Origin: a virus
Lineage: Duplodnaviria; Heunggongvirae; Uroviricota; Caudoviricetes
Strand: one strand, 5' to 3'
IMG/VR virus record: IMGVR_UViG_3300011442_000002
Span: 11,825-75,824 of that record
DNA length: 64,000 nt
Part shown: positions 28,886 to 37,417 of the stretch, one piece after another
Numbering within the stretch: position 1 is the stretch's first letter
How the letters are laid out: every line of letters begins with the position of its first letter
Notes under the pieces: model-generated
The model's input: only the letters and a program-made list of their open reading frames with translations
What the model was told of the DNA's origin: nothing
Databases searched by the model: none
Translations under genes and position numbers: made by a program

Positions 28886-28895
28886 ACGTTGATAT

Positions 28896-28960
28896 GGGTC
28901 GGATGTTGTCGGTTATCTAACTATTATTAGAAGGTATGGGTTCGACTCCCATTGTGAAGC
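28896..28960 (+). ncRNA. modular structured RNA element, family copy 5 (with T-arm hairpin ATGGGTTCGACTCCCAT)
   Basis: GGGTCGGATGTTGTCGGTTATCTAAC immediately after the stop of the secreted-protein gene. Confidence 0.4.
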
Positions 28961-29139
28961 TGTGGAGCAATAAAAACCCGATAACGAAAATTTATCCATA
29001 TCTCATAAGCTGCACCGGGCGCCTTGGCTGGTATACCAATCCCCGTGTGCGTAATTGCTCACACTGGTTACTATGGTGGAGATCACAGGCTTGAAACCAT
29101 ATAGCTCCTAGGAAGCTAGTAATCCAGTGTGGGCATCAT

Positions 29140-29212
29140 GCCGCTTTATCCTAATGGACTAAGGAACCACTCTTCCAAAGTGGGTACGCGGGTTCGATTC
29201 CCGCAAGCGGTT
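29140..29212 (+). tRNA. tRNA-Gly (TCC)
   Basis: Acceptor GCCGCTT/AAGCGGT, anticodon loop CTTCCAA, T-arm GCGGGTTCGATTCCCGC, discriminator T. Confidence 0.6.
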
Positions 29213-29302
29213 CGCCTTTTTACTGCGAAGTTATGGCTAGTTGGTAAGTGTGTTCCAAATCTCCAAAAGGGTTTTGGGTCAGATCAAACACTTACCAACG
29301 AT

Positions 29303-29385
29303 AGAAGATTGCCAGAGTGGCTTATTGGGTTGGTTTGCTAAACCAATGAGGGTAACCTCCACAGGTTCGAATCCTGTATCTTCTG
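29303..29385 (+). tRNA. tRNA-Ser (GCT)
   Basis: Type II. Anticodon loop TTGCTAA, variable hairpin GAGGGTAACCTC, T-arm ACAGGTTCGAATCCTGT. Confidence 0.6.
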
Positions 29386-29684
29386 CGTCCAGTTTACCAG
29401 TTCTGTAACTTAGGGTTTGTAAAGACTGGTCGTCCAATCTGTTTTGGCACAGTAATTGTGGTCAGACGCCTAAATGACGTACAATATCGGTGTCGCAGAC
29501 AAGTTTCTTTGCTGGTTTCTTTAACTGTGGTTAGTCAATAAAGAAACCAGCACCCAAACGAGGTTGTAAGTATACGATAACCGTGAGGTATTCGTACGGC
29601 GTGCGCACACTAAAATTCCCTTATGCAGCTAGGTGCAGCCCAGGGGTAAAGATAAGCCGTTCCTAGCAGACTTACAACTTCTTT

Positions 29685-29765
29685 GCCGACATGGCGGAAT
29701 GGCAGACGCGCTAGATTTAGGTTCTAGTATCTTCGGATGTGCGAGTTCAAGTCTCGCTGTCGGTA
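29685..29765 (+). tRNA. tRNA-Leu (TAG)
   Basis: Type II. Anticodon loop TTTAGGT, variable hairpin ATCTTCGGAT, T-arm GCGAGTTCAAGTCTCGC, discriminator A. Confidence 0.6.
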
Positions 29766-29963
29766 CATGAAAAGATGGTTTAATAAGCAGTTTCCATACA
29801 TGCGACGTTGTGAAAAGAAGTGGTGCTTTAAGGGCCAAACCTATGGTGGACATTGTTATTTACATGCATCAAGTTGGTATGGTGTATAGACGAGGGTGCC
29901 ACGTATAAGAGAGTTTACCTCTCCTGGATTTCTAGACCAGATATGTGAAGGTGGCACCTTTGG

Positions 29964-30039
29964 CATTCTATAGCTCAACAGGCAGAGCGGCTGGCTGAAT
30001 TATGGCCGGCGGATTCAGGTTCGAGTCCTGATAGGATGG
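29964..30039 (+). tRNA. tRNA-like (possible Phe GAA; imperfect anticodon stem)
   Basis: Acceptor CATTCTA/TAGGATG, D-arm GCTCAACAGGCAGAGC, T-arm TCAGGTTCGAGTCCTGA. The anticodon arm pairs poorly. Confidence 0.3.
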
Positions 30040-30299
30040 CATTACGACATGGTGATTCCCAGTAGTCTGACTCTGAGGGGTGATCAGATTACTGCAAAAT
30101 ATGTCGTCTTATGCGAATATCACCGAGACGCATAAGGGTGTAGAAGAAGCGACCAAATTGGCGAGGGCTTCCATGTTGGCTAGGGATGAGGCTAACCTTA
30201 AATAAAAGAATAATCCATATTGAAGCGAAAGCAGACCATTTACCGTTAATTGTTACTTGTTTCTACTGTGTCTGTTTTCGCCCGCGAAAAAGGATTGGT

Positions 30300-31040
30300 A
30301 TGAACAGGAATCGATTAGTCGCGACCTTGCTGTCGGGCTTAATCACGATAGGAATTTTGGGTCTTCCGACTCATGCATTTGCAGCGCAAAGCCCACAGGC
30401 AGCAGCGCCAGTAAGTAGCATAACGGAAGTAGCCAATCTTTCAACTAGTGTAGAGAATAAGACAGTAGCTAGCGATACGTCGGTAACTGTTACCCCGTAT
30501 CCTTCGCCTTATGGCAGTCTTTCTGGTATTTCACAGGCTTTCTATGGCGACATTAGTCACTGGCCGGGCCTATGCTCATCCAATGGCATCGCGAATTGTG
30601 ACCTTCTTTATGTTGGTCAGTCAATTAGAGTTCCTACTACTGCACCTGTGGGTCCGGCCCCTGCACCGGCGCCCGCTCAGGCACCAGCAAACAATTCTAG
30701 TAGAGCACAGAGAATTGTAAACTATGCTCTAGCGCAGGTTGGCAAACCTTATGTTTGGGCAGCGGCTGGTCCATATGCCTTTGACTGTTCAGGTTTGGTA
30801 ATGCGTGCACTAGAGCAGGTTGGTGTATATGTTCCACACCAGGATCAATCAATTCTGTATTCTGGTCAAGGCTATGCAGTATCGCGTGACAATCTTCAGC
30901 CAGGTGACATCGTTTGGCCGTACAACGGCCATGTCTTTGTTTACATTGGCAATGGTAAGATTGTAGAGGCAGCCAACCCGGCTCAAGGTGTGATTGTTAA
31001 CAACCTTTACTCGTTTATGGCTGCTCGCCGGTACGTATAA
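30300..31040 (+). CDS. secreted LysM + NlpC/P60 peptidoglycan endopeptidase
   Basis: Signal peptide MNRNRLVATLLSGLITIGILGLPTHAFAAQ. LysM (GISQAFYGDISHW...LLYVGQSIRVP). NlpC/P60 (FDCSGLV...H). Start reset from the listed 30186. Confidence 0.6.
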   Translation: MNRNRLVATLLSGLITIGILGLPTHAFAAQSPQAAAPVSSITEVANLSTSVENKTVASDTSVTVTPYPSPYGSLSGISQAFYGDISHWPGLCSSNGIANCDLLYVGQSIRVPTTAPVGPAPAPAPAQAPANNSSRAQRIVNYALAQVGKPYVWAAAGPYAFDCSGLVMRALEQVGVYVPHQDQSILYSGQGYAVSRDNLQPGDIVWPYNGHVFVYIGNGKIVEAANPAQGVIVNNLYSFMAARRYV

Positions 31041-31056
31041 ATTAATAGGCTTGGAT

Positions 31057-31099
31057 GGGTCGGATCTTATCGGTTACCAATCATATAAACCCGATAAGC
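31057..31099 (+). ncRNA. modular structured RNA element, family copy 6
   Basis: GGGTCGGATCTTATCGGTTACCAATC...CCGATAAG, directly after the stop of the NlpC/P60 gene. Confidence 0.4.
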
Positions 31100-31120
31100 A
31101 AATAAAATACCTATCCAACT

Positions 31121-31205
31121 GGAGAGTTAGCCTAGTGGCCTAAGGCGCCAGTCCTGAAAACTGGAGAAGGTAACACTTCCGTGGGTTCGAATCCTACACT
31201 CTCTG
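31121..31205 (+). tRNA. tRNA-Ser (TGA)
   Basis: Type II. D-arm GCCTAGTGGCCTAAGGC, anticodon loop CCTGAAA, T-arm GTGGGTTCGAATCCTAC, discriminator G. Confidence 0.6.
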
Positions 31206-31236
31206 CGCAAGGTCCCTACTATAGGGAGGAAAATGG

Positions 31237-31632
31237 ATGGCAGATGTTAATATAAGCCTGGATTTCTCAGGATTGCCACCCACCGTAAGTGCTGTCCATG
31301 TGCACATTGAATATGCACACGGGTTAGAAGCGAAAATCGACGCGATTGGAGTACAAGTGTCAGAGCTTGACGACGCCGTAGCTGCTGTAAATGCGCAGAC
31401 TTCGGAGATTCTCGTTAACACTAACGAGCTAGTTAAGGATGTTACTCGACTCATTGAGCAGGGTGACACTTCCGCCGCGCTAGCTGAGCTACAGACGATT
31501 TCTACTAACCTAGAGACAGCTAACGCTGCACTCGTAACGACAGACCAGGCAGTAGAAGTAGCTTCTCCGGAAACTCCTGCTACGCCAGAACCAACCCCAG
31601 TAGTAGCGCCATCGGTAATCGACGAGCTGTAA
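31237..31632 (+). CDS. hypothetical coiled-coil protein
   Basis: 131 aa. Confidence 0.45.
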   Translation: MADVNISLDFSGLPPTVSAVHVHIEYAHGLEAKIDAIGVQVSELDDAVAAVNAQTSEILVNTNELVKDVTRLIEQGDTSAALAELQTISTNLETANAALVTTDQAVEVASPETPATPEPTPVVAPSVIDEL

Positions 31633-31651
31633 AATCAAAGCTTAGCTGTTG

Positions 31652-31740
31652 GGTCGAAGTTAATTGTTTATCTCAGATAGTTTAAAGGGTAAAACAATCC
31701 TCATTGAGGGTTAATGTCGGTTCGAATCCGACTCTGAAAT
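31652..31740 (+). ncRNA. modular structured RNA element, family copy 7 + T-arm hairpin (GTCGGTTCGAATCCGAC); candidate Y-RNA-like ncRNA next to the Ro60 gene
   Basis: GGGTCGAAGTTAATTGTTTATCTCAG with stem ATTGTTT/AAACAAT, then CCTCATTGAGGG, then a T-arm. Confidence 0.4.
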
Positions 31741-31776
31741 TCGTAACGATTACAACACATATCCAATAGTCCTTTG

Positions 31777-31871
31777 GGGACACATGGGTCCACTAGTATA
31801 TTTCTGATCAACTAGTGAGCGTGGGCATGATCAGACCTACGATGATAGGGTTCGAGTCCCTATGTCTCCAC
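31777..31871 (+). ncRNA. tRNA-like ncRNA (acceptor-like stem + T-arm, extra internal hairpin); candidate YrlA-type tRNA-like domain
   Basis: GGGGACA...TGTCTCC acceptor-like pairing. T-arm TAGGGTTCGAGTCCCTA. Internal CACTAGT...ACTAGTG hairpin. No canonical anticodon arm. Confidence 0.35.
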
Positions 31872-32107
31872 ATGAAAGTGCAAAATGATGCAAAAACACT
31901 AATACAAGCACTTGATCTTTTACACGAAGATTTACCTTGTGAAGGTAACATCGAAAAAGAATTTTGTAGTAGATGTATTCATCTTAGGCCAACTTTGGTT
32001 GCATACGTTGAGTCATTGCCACAATGGCAGCTTGGTTTGGTAGTACTTATAATAATTCTAAAATCTCTATACACAATCGTAATATATCCCTTTAGGAGGG
32101 GTCGACT

Positions 32108-33706
32108 ATGGCTAACTCAGCATTCTCCCGTGCGTTAGGCACTCCAGCAATTCAGACCGAAAAGGCTCGCCCGGATCAGGTCGAGAACAACGCTGGTGGA
32201 TTTGTTTTTGAGGTGTCTGACCAGGCACGGCTTGAGCGCTTTTTAATTCTCGGCACTGATGGTGGAACGTACTATACGTCTGAGAAGAAGCTCACTAAGG
32301 AAAATATCGCGTTTTTACAGGACCTTATTGAGCGTAACGAAGACCTAGTAATCGACGTTGTGCGTGCAGTATCCATGGGTGGACGTGCTTACCGTAACTC
32401 TGCGGCAATCTTCACTGTTGCTGCTTTGTTTACCTACGGTAAGGAAAAGTCTTCTCAGCTAGTTGAGGATGTTTGCCGCACTGCGACGCACCTGTTTGAG
32501 TTTGCTGAGTACGTAGAACTACTTGGTGGTTGGGGACGTTCTAAGCGTCGCGCCGTTGCCGAGTGGTACACTAACAAGACACCAGAAGCATTAGCTTATC
32601 AGGTAATTAAGTATCGTCAGCGCAATGGTTGGTCTCACCGCGACCTTCTACGTTTGTCCCACCCTGTGGGCCTTAACAAGCGGGTAGGCAATTTCATTAC
32701 TGGTGAGGACAAGCGTCCTGCTGCTAGTACTACTGACGAAGAAGATTTGGGCATTATCCGTGCTTTCAAGTTTGCACAGGAAGCTCAGTCATTTTCTGAA
32801 TTGAAGAATATGGCGCTAACCGAGCGTAGTCTACCTTGGGAAGCTGTACCTACGGAGTTCCACAAGAATGTCGAACTTTGGAAGACTCTTTTCTACAATG
32901 GTGCGCTCAAAGGTCAAGCCCTTCTGCGTAATATTACTCGCTTGGCTCGTTTGGGCGCTTTTGACGATCTCGTGTTTGCTCGCGATTTCGCTGATGGACT
33001 TCTTAACGAGGAAATGATTAAGCGTACCAAGCTACACCCGATTCAGTACTTGCTTGCACTATCGGTACACCAGATAGGTCAGGTTGATCGTAAGCTTCAC
33101 GTTAGAACTAAGGATTGGCGCGAGTCACACATCATTGTAGATGCACTTAATGAGGGATTCTACAAGGCATTTAGCTATGTAGAGCCAGCAAATAAGCGCA
33201 CTATGATCGGTCTCGATGTTTCAGGATCTATGTCTAGTAGTGCTCTTGGATTAGAACTTAGCTGTGCGCAAATTGGTGCAGCTATGTCTATGTCAATTGC
33301 TCGTACTGAGCCTTACTATGCAATTATGGGCTTCAAGAACAAGTTAACAGACCTTGGTATCACTGCTAGCATGGATCTGAACAGTGTGTTGCAGCGTACT
33401 GAAAACCAAACTTTTGGTAGCACTGATTGTTCGCTACCAATTCTTTACGCACAGATGAACAACATCGCAATTGATACCTTTGTCATTATGACCGACAATG
33501 AAACTTGGTTTGGTAGTGTGCATCCATTCATAGCGCTCCGTGATTATCGACAGAGAACTGGTATTGATGCAAAGCTAGTGGTAGCAGGACTAACGACAAC
33601 TGAATTCACTATTGCAGATCCTCGCGATCGTGGTATGCTAGATGTAGTTGGTGCTGATGCTAACCTTCCAAAGCTTGTTTCCGAATTCAGTGCAGGCAGG
33701 ATTTAA
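32108..33706 (+). CDS. rsr: Ro60 / TROVE-domain protein with C-terminal vWA (MIDAS DxSGS) domain (Rsr-like)
   Basis: LERFLILGTDGGTYY is a TROVE signature. C-terminal GLDVSGSMSS. The size (532 aa) is typical for Ro60 orthologs. Confidence 0.65.
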   Translation: MANSAFSRALGTPAIQTEKARPDQVENNAGGFVFEVSDQARLERFLILGTDGGTYYTSEKKLTKENIAFLQDLIERNEDLVIDVVRAVSMGGRAYRNSAAIFTVAALFTYGKEKSSQLVEDVCRTATHLFEFAEYVELLGGWGRSKRRAVAEWYTNKTPEALAYQVIKYRQRNGWSHRDLLRLSHPVGLNKRVGNFITGEDKRPAASTTDEEDLGIIRAFKFAQEAQSFSELKNMALTERSLPWEAVPTEFHKNVELWKTLFYNGALKGQALLRNITRLARLGAFDDLVFARDFADGLLNEEMIKRTKLHPIQYLLALSVHQIGQVDRKLHVRTKDWRESHIIVDALNEGFYKAFSYVEPANKRTMIGLDVSGSMSSSALGLELSCAQIGAAMSMSIARTEPYYAIMGFKNKLTDLGITASMDLNSVLQRTENQTFGSTDCSLPILYAQMNNIAIDTFVIMTDNETWFGSVHPFIALRDYRQRTGIDAKLVVAGLTTTEFTIADPRDRGMLDVVGADANLPKLVSEFSAGRI

Positions 33707-33912
33707 TGTCAACATTAATTGATGCAGATGAAGAAGTAGTTGTAACTGATGCATATGGAAATAAGGCAAATGTAAGCTACGAAGACGCACTAGATATTGC
33801 TCAATGGTATGAGCTTGACAAGCATGACAAGCTTCATCCAATGACAATAGCAACCATAGTAGCTGCATTGATTACATGTGTATTTTCGCTGTCTGTGGCA
33901 ATTTTGCTATAA
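33706..33912 (+). CDS. small protein with C-terminal TM helix
   Basis: 68 aa. Coupled to the Ro60 stop. Confidence 0.4.
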   Translation: MSTLIDADEEVVVTDAYGNKANVSYEDALDIAQWYELDKHDKLHPMTIATIVAALITCVFSLSVAILL

Positions 33913-34127
33913 CTCCTGCTGTCTGCACTGCAGCAGGATTGCTGGCCAGTTTAGAATACCTCCACTTATTCGAAGACTGCGTTTGACACTATTATTAGAT
34001 TGGGATAGGATCTGATAGTCCCCGCTATCCCTAGTTCCGACCGGCTAGTTGAACTAGGCAATCTAGTATTAGGGCAGGGTGAGCCTGCGGCTAACCATAT
34101 GACCAGCACATAGAGGTTAGCACCTAA

Positions 34128-34200
34128 GCTTCCGTACTCCAATGGCAGAGAGAGCCGACTTAAAATCGGTACAGTATGGGTTCGACTCCCATGGGAAGCA
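34128..34200 (+). tRNA. tRNA with anticodon TAA (Leu-type anticodon) but type I (short variable arm)
   Basis: Anticodon stem GCCGA/TCGGT, loop CTTAAAA, T-arm ATGGGTTCGACTCCCAT. One G-G mismatch in the acceptor. Confidence 0.4.
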
Positions 34201-34201
34201 C

Positions 34202-34414
34202 ATGAACGAACAAGCATTTGAAGAAATGGCAAAACTTTTGGGTCATCAAGTGAAAATAACTCTTTCCTGGGAAGATTCACAATCAATCATTATTGGTAAT
34301 TTCTTTGGATTAGACATCGAAGGTAGTGCTGTCGTAGATACTACCGAAGGTAGACGATACGTTTGGCCTGTGTTATTTGTAGAACATCTTGATTCATGTA
34401 AACATGCATCATGA
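34202..34414 (+). CDS. hypothetical protein
   Basis: Start reset to the ATG just after the tRNA. Confidence 0.35.
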   Translation: MNEQAFEEMAKLLGHQVKITLSWEDSQSIIIGNFFGLDIEGSAVVDTTEGRRYVWPVLFVEHLDSCKHAS

Positions 34415-34418
34415 GAAT

Positions 34419-34490
34419 GGCCCCATTGAGTATTGGTTAGCTTTGCGCTCTTTCACAGCGTAGGACAGGGTTCGATTCCCTGTGGGGCTA
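34419..34490 (+). tRNA. tRNA-Glu (TTC)
   Basis: Acceptor GGCCCCA/TGGGGCT, anticodon loop CTTTCAC, T-arm CAGGGTTCGATTCCCTG. Confidence 0.55.
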
Positions 34491-34595
34491 CGGTAGTACG
34501 TACGGCTCATACCCGTACGTTGCTGCAAGCGGATCACAGTCCGCGCCTGGCAACAGATGAAACTGCTGTGTACAGTGTAATTGAGCCAGGTTTAA

Positions 34596-34669
34596 CGGGA
34601 TATGGCGCAGTTTGGCAGCGCGCTTGCTTTGGGAGCAAGAAGTCGTAGGTTCGAATCCTACTATCCCGA
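34596..34669 (+). tRNA. tRNA-Pro (TGG)
   Basis: C1-G72 pair, anticodon loop TTTGGGA, T-arm GTAGGTTCGAATCCTAC, discriminator A. Confidence 0.6.
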
Positions 34670-34852
34670 CATGTTAATAGAAGATGTAGGAATTAGATTA
34701 GTAACCTCCAATAAACAGCTAACGTACACAGAGCTTTTAGCTTTTCTAAAAGCTATATCTGATCGTAAGATGGAAGCTTGTATGATCTATATAAGGGAAA
34801 ATGGGTTAGAAACTGTAATAGGAAATAATCTAGGGTCGAAGACGGACTAGAT

Positions 34853-35038
34853 ATGTTTATAGTACATCTAGCAGTTGACGAAGCACCAGAACTTACAGTT
34901 TGTGGAATTCCATGGCAAGATTGGCAAGCACCAAGATACGCAAAACATATCACCCTACTTGGTAGGGTGCCAGCAACTGGTGATTTGTTGCACTTTTGTG
35001 ACAAGTGCAGAGCTAGTCTGTTCATCACTGGTGAATAA
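34853..35038 (+). CDS. hypothetical Cys-containing protein
   Basis: 61 aa. Confidence 0.35.
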   Translation: MFIVHLAVDEAPELTVCGIPWQDWQAPRYAKHITLLGRVPATGDLLHFCDKCRASLFITGE

Positions 35039-35238
35039 TTAAATATGGGTTAGTGCCAGAGGTCTGGCAGGCAGTCTGTAAAACTGCTGCACATAGTGCA
35101 ATGTAGGATCGTTACCTACCTGGCCCACAAATCGTGTCTGACATATACATGATATCCACACGAGAGTTACTACTCCGGACGCGCTGCATAGTAACCAAGC
35201 TAGTGGTAAAAAGAGTAACGTGCTTAATATGTCACTTT

Positions 35239-35312
35239 GGGGAATTGGCGCAATCTGGCAGCGCAGGACCTTTGCAAGGTCAAGGCTATCGGTTCAAATC
35301 CGATATTCTCCA
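35239..35312 (+). tRNA. tRNA-Ala (TGC)
   Basis: G3-U70 pair present. Anticodon loop TTTGCAA, T-arm ATCGGTTCAAATCCGAT. Confidence 0.6.
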
Positions 35313-35412
35313 CGATGTGCCTGACATATGCACGTGCCTATAATGACGTAGCAATTAGCGGATATGCTACCGCTCAATAAATAGGGATGGGACCGCTCCT
35401 AATATGTCACTT

Positions 35413-35485
35413 GTGACCATACCATAACGGCTAATGGACTACCCTGTCACGGTAGGATATGAGGGTTCGAATCCCTTTGGTCACG
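35413..35485 (+). tRNA. tRNA-Asp (GTC)
   Basis: Perfect acceptor GTGACCA/TGGTCAC, anticodon loop CTGTCAC, discriminator G. Confidence 0.65.
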
Positions 35486-35619
35486 CGCAATTATTGGTGA
35501 GGGAATGTCGACGGACATGATGGTAGTGGAGTTTTTAGATGGGTCAGGTACGGTAGGCTCTCCGTAGGATGCATACGAAAGAGATCGTACACGACAGTAA
35601 CCTTGATTGCTAAGTCCCA

Positions 35620-35688
35620 TATGAGCTTATGGTAAAGCTCCAACTTCGCGGCGGGATGTAGGTTCGAATCCTACTATGGGACCGTGGA
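35620..35688 (+). tRNA. tRNA-like (acceptor TCCCATA/TATGGGA + T-arm; anticodon arm not foldable)
   Basis: GTAGGTTCGAATCCTAC T-arm and AGCTTATGGTAAAGCT D-arm, but no canonical anticodon stem. Confidence 0.25.
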
Positions 35689-35881
35689 TGCAGAACTAGT
35701 AGTTATTCATTTGATAGATTTCGATGGCAGATTTGGTGACCATCCAGTTGCTTGCAATGGTGCAGTAGCTGGAGATAAAGCCATAACTATCGAACAAGCT
35801 AAAGATCCTGAAAATCAGATGTTTTTTAATTGTCCGAAATGCTATGAAATATTCACTGGAGAAAAGCCAAATGGCGAATAA
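35684..35881 (+). CDS. hypothetical protein (CPKC)
   Basis: 65 aa. Confidence 0.4.
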   Translation: MDAELVVIHLIDFDGRFGDHPVACNGAVAGDKAITIEQAKDPENQMFFNCPKCYEIFTGEKPNGE

Positions 35882-36074
35882 CAATGATTTTCAGATTGAA
35901 CTGCGAGCGCTACTTGGAAAGCACATGATCGACATATATTGCCGCACTCGTGATGTAACTTTAGTAGATTACATCGTAGCATGTCTTACTGCTTATCGAA
36001 GGGCGTTCTTAGAAACAAAGGATTTAGAAGCAGCTAGTTCTAGGGCCGCAGATAACATTTCCGATCCGACATAG
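35871..36074 (+). CDS. hypothetical protein
   Basis: Start reset to MANNNDFQ. Confidence 0.35.
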   Translation: MANNNDFQIELRALLGKHMIDIYCRTRDVTLVDYIVACLTAYRRAFLETKDLEAASSRAADNISDPT

Positions 36075-36137
36075 CTCAGTTGGCAGAGCGCTGCACTGTT
36101 AATGCGGATGTCACAGGTTCGAGCCCTGTTGTCGGAG
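36065..36137 (+). tRNA. tRNA-Asn (GTT)
   Basis: Acceptor TCCGACA/TGTCGGA perfect. Anticodon loop CTGTTAA, T-arm ACAGGTTCGAGCCCTGT, discriminator G. Confidence 0.65.
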
Positions 36138-36167
36138 CGCAAGTTTAACAAACTAGGAGAATTTATA

Positions 36168-36440
36168 ATGGCTGGTGAAGACCTTCAGGCACAGTACAAT
36201 CATCTTCTATGGCAGCTTGGACAGCTACATGAGGAAGCTAAGATTGCTGGCCAGGTTTATCAGGAAAAGCTAAAGGCAATTCGTAAGCGCAGTGAGAAGC
36301 TAAACGAGCATTTGCATAGTCTAGGTTCGGCTATTCGCAAACGGCATACCCCACAGGTGGCCGGTGTAGCGGGTCGATTTCCGCAGGAACAATTGGTTGA
36401 TCCGCGTTCTGACTGGAGTTCCTCGAACGTAGGCGGATAA
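36168..36440 (+). CDS. hypothetical coiled-coil protein
   Basis: Start after the AGGAG SD (MAGEDLQAQ). Confidence 0.4.
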   Translation: MAGEDLQAQYNHLLWQLGQLHEEAKIAGQVYQEKLKAIRKRSEKLNEHLHSLGSAIRKRHTPQVAGVAGRFPQEQLVDPRSDWSSSNVGG

Positions 36441-36474
36441 TATATGAACAGTTAACGAGTCCTAAGGAGGACAT

Positions 36475-36837
36475 ATGTTAAAGGTTCATATATGGTCGCA
36501 CAAAGATGGTGACCACCTAGCAGTTGTTGAAGTACCATGGTGGCATGATATTCTTGATTGGTTGTTTACCAAACTATTTTGTCCTTGCTGTGGGTTTTCT
36601 GGTTGGTTATCTGGAAAAGCAGAATGGTTAGAAATCTTCTTTTGGAAACTATCTAATCATTTAAGTAACTTTACCTGGAAACTTGAAAAAGAGTTGTACA
36701 AAACGCCAATCGAGTCTGGCTGTGTTGCTACTCGGACAATATTTGATCCAAAATCATCTTGTTGGCGTGACAATTGTGATGTTTGTTGGGCTGAGCGAGA
36801 GGATGCATATTCTCATGAAGCGAGGCGCGAAGAGTAG
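36475..36837 (+). CDS. Cys-rich hypothetical protein
   Basis: 120 aa. Contains CPCCGFSGW...CWRDNCDVCW. Confidence 0.45.
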   Translation: MLKVHIWSHKDGDHLAVVEVPWWHDILDWLFTKLFCPCCGFSGWLSGKAEWLEIFFWKLSNHLSNFTWKLEKELYKTPIESGCVATRTIFDPKSSCWRDNCDVCWAEREDAYSHEARREE

Positions 36838-36994
36838 AACTAAAAAAGCTCTACGCGATCAAGCCAACAGCAAGGCCAGAGTTAAACTCCAAAAACAGGT
36901 ACGCGATTGGTTGAAATCGCCAAAGACAGCATTAGATGATAACCAATCAGTACCTGCCCAACATAGACATTCTGTACTGTGGGATGTTGGATGA
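36806..36994 (+). CDS. small basic protein
   Basis: Internal start of listed ORF 36683, after the GAGAGG SD. Confidence 0.3.
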   Translation, partial: HILMKRGAKSRTKKALRDQANSKARVKLQKQVRDWLKSPKTALDDNQSVPAQHRHSVLWDVG

Positions 36995-37254
36995 AAGACT
37001 TTGATTTTGAAGCATTCATGGCTAGGGCGTTGCGCAATGAGCTAGAAGCGCAACGCCCAAGACAATGCTCAGAAACAATTAGTGGTTATCATGATACCAC
37101 AGATCGTCTAGGTAAATGTTGTTTGTGTCGTAAGAAAATCACTAAGGGTGATCGACAGCCAGATCCAGACCTTAAACATAAATCTAATCTAGTACTTGCT
37201 TACGAGTATTTTTATGATCCAAACTATGGTGATAGTGTATATGACCTATACTAA
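36979..37254 (+). CDS. hypothetical Cys-containing protein
   Basis: 91 aa. Confidence 0.4.
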   Translation: MGCWMKDFDFEAFMARALRNELEAQRPRQCSETISGYHDTTDRLGKCCLCRKKITKGDRQPDPDLKHKSNLVLAYEYFYDPNYGDSVYDLY

Positions 37255-37262
37255 TTGAATAT

Positions 37263-37333
37263 GCCCTCGAAGCATTAAGGTGATGCTCCGGACTTTTAAT
37301 CCAGAGAACGCGGATCAATACCGCGCGAGGGTA
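37263..37333 (+). tRNA. tRNA-Lys (TTT), atypical T-loop (ATCAATA)
   Basis: Acceptor GCCCTCG/CGAGGGT, anticodon loop CTTTTAA. The T-stem CGCGG/CCGCG pairs, but the loop lacks TTC. Confidence 0.4.
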
Positions 37334-37345
37334 CGCAACCATAAT

Positions 37346-37417
37346 TGAGCTATGGTCTAATTGGCAGGACGACGGATTTTGATTCCGTTGGTTTAGGTTC
37401 GAATCCTAGTGGCTCAG
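37346..37417 (+). tRNA. tRNA-Gln (TTG)
   Basis: U1-A72 pair, anticodon stem ACGGA/TCCGT, loop TTTTGAT, discriminator G. Confidence 0.6.

Noticed and set aside
28896-28960. Attempt to fold element copy 5 (and copies at 26688, 27226, 31652) as standard tRNAs
   Set aside because: A T-arm is present, but no acceptor complement and no D or anticodon arms. Treated as tRNA-like modular RNAs, not tRNA genes.
31815-32138. 107-aa ORF upstream of the Ro60 gene
   Set aside because: Starts inside the tRNA-like RNA and runs through the AT-rich promoter/leader of rsr. No RBS. More likely noncoding.
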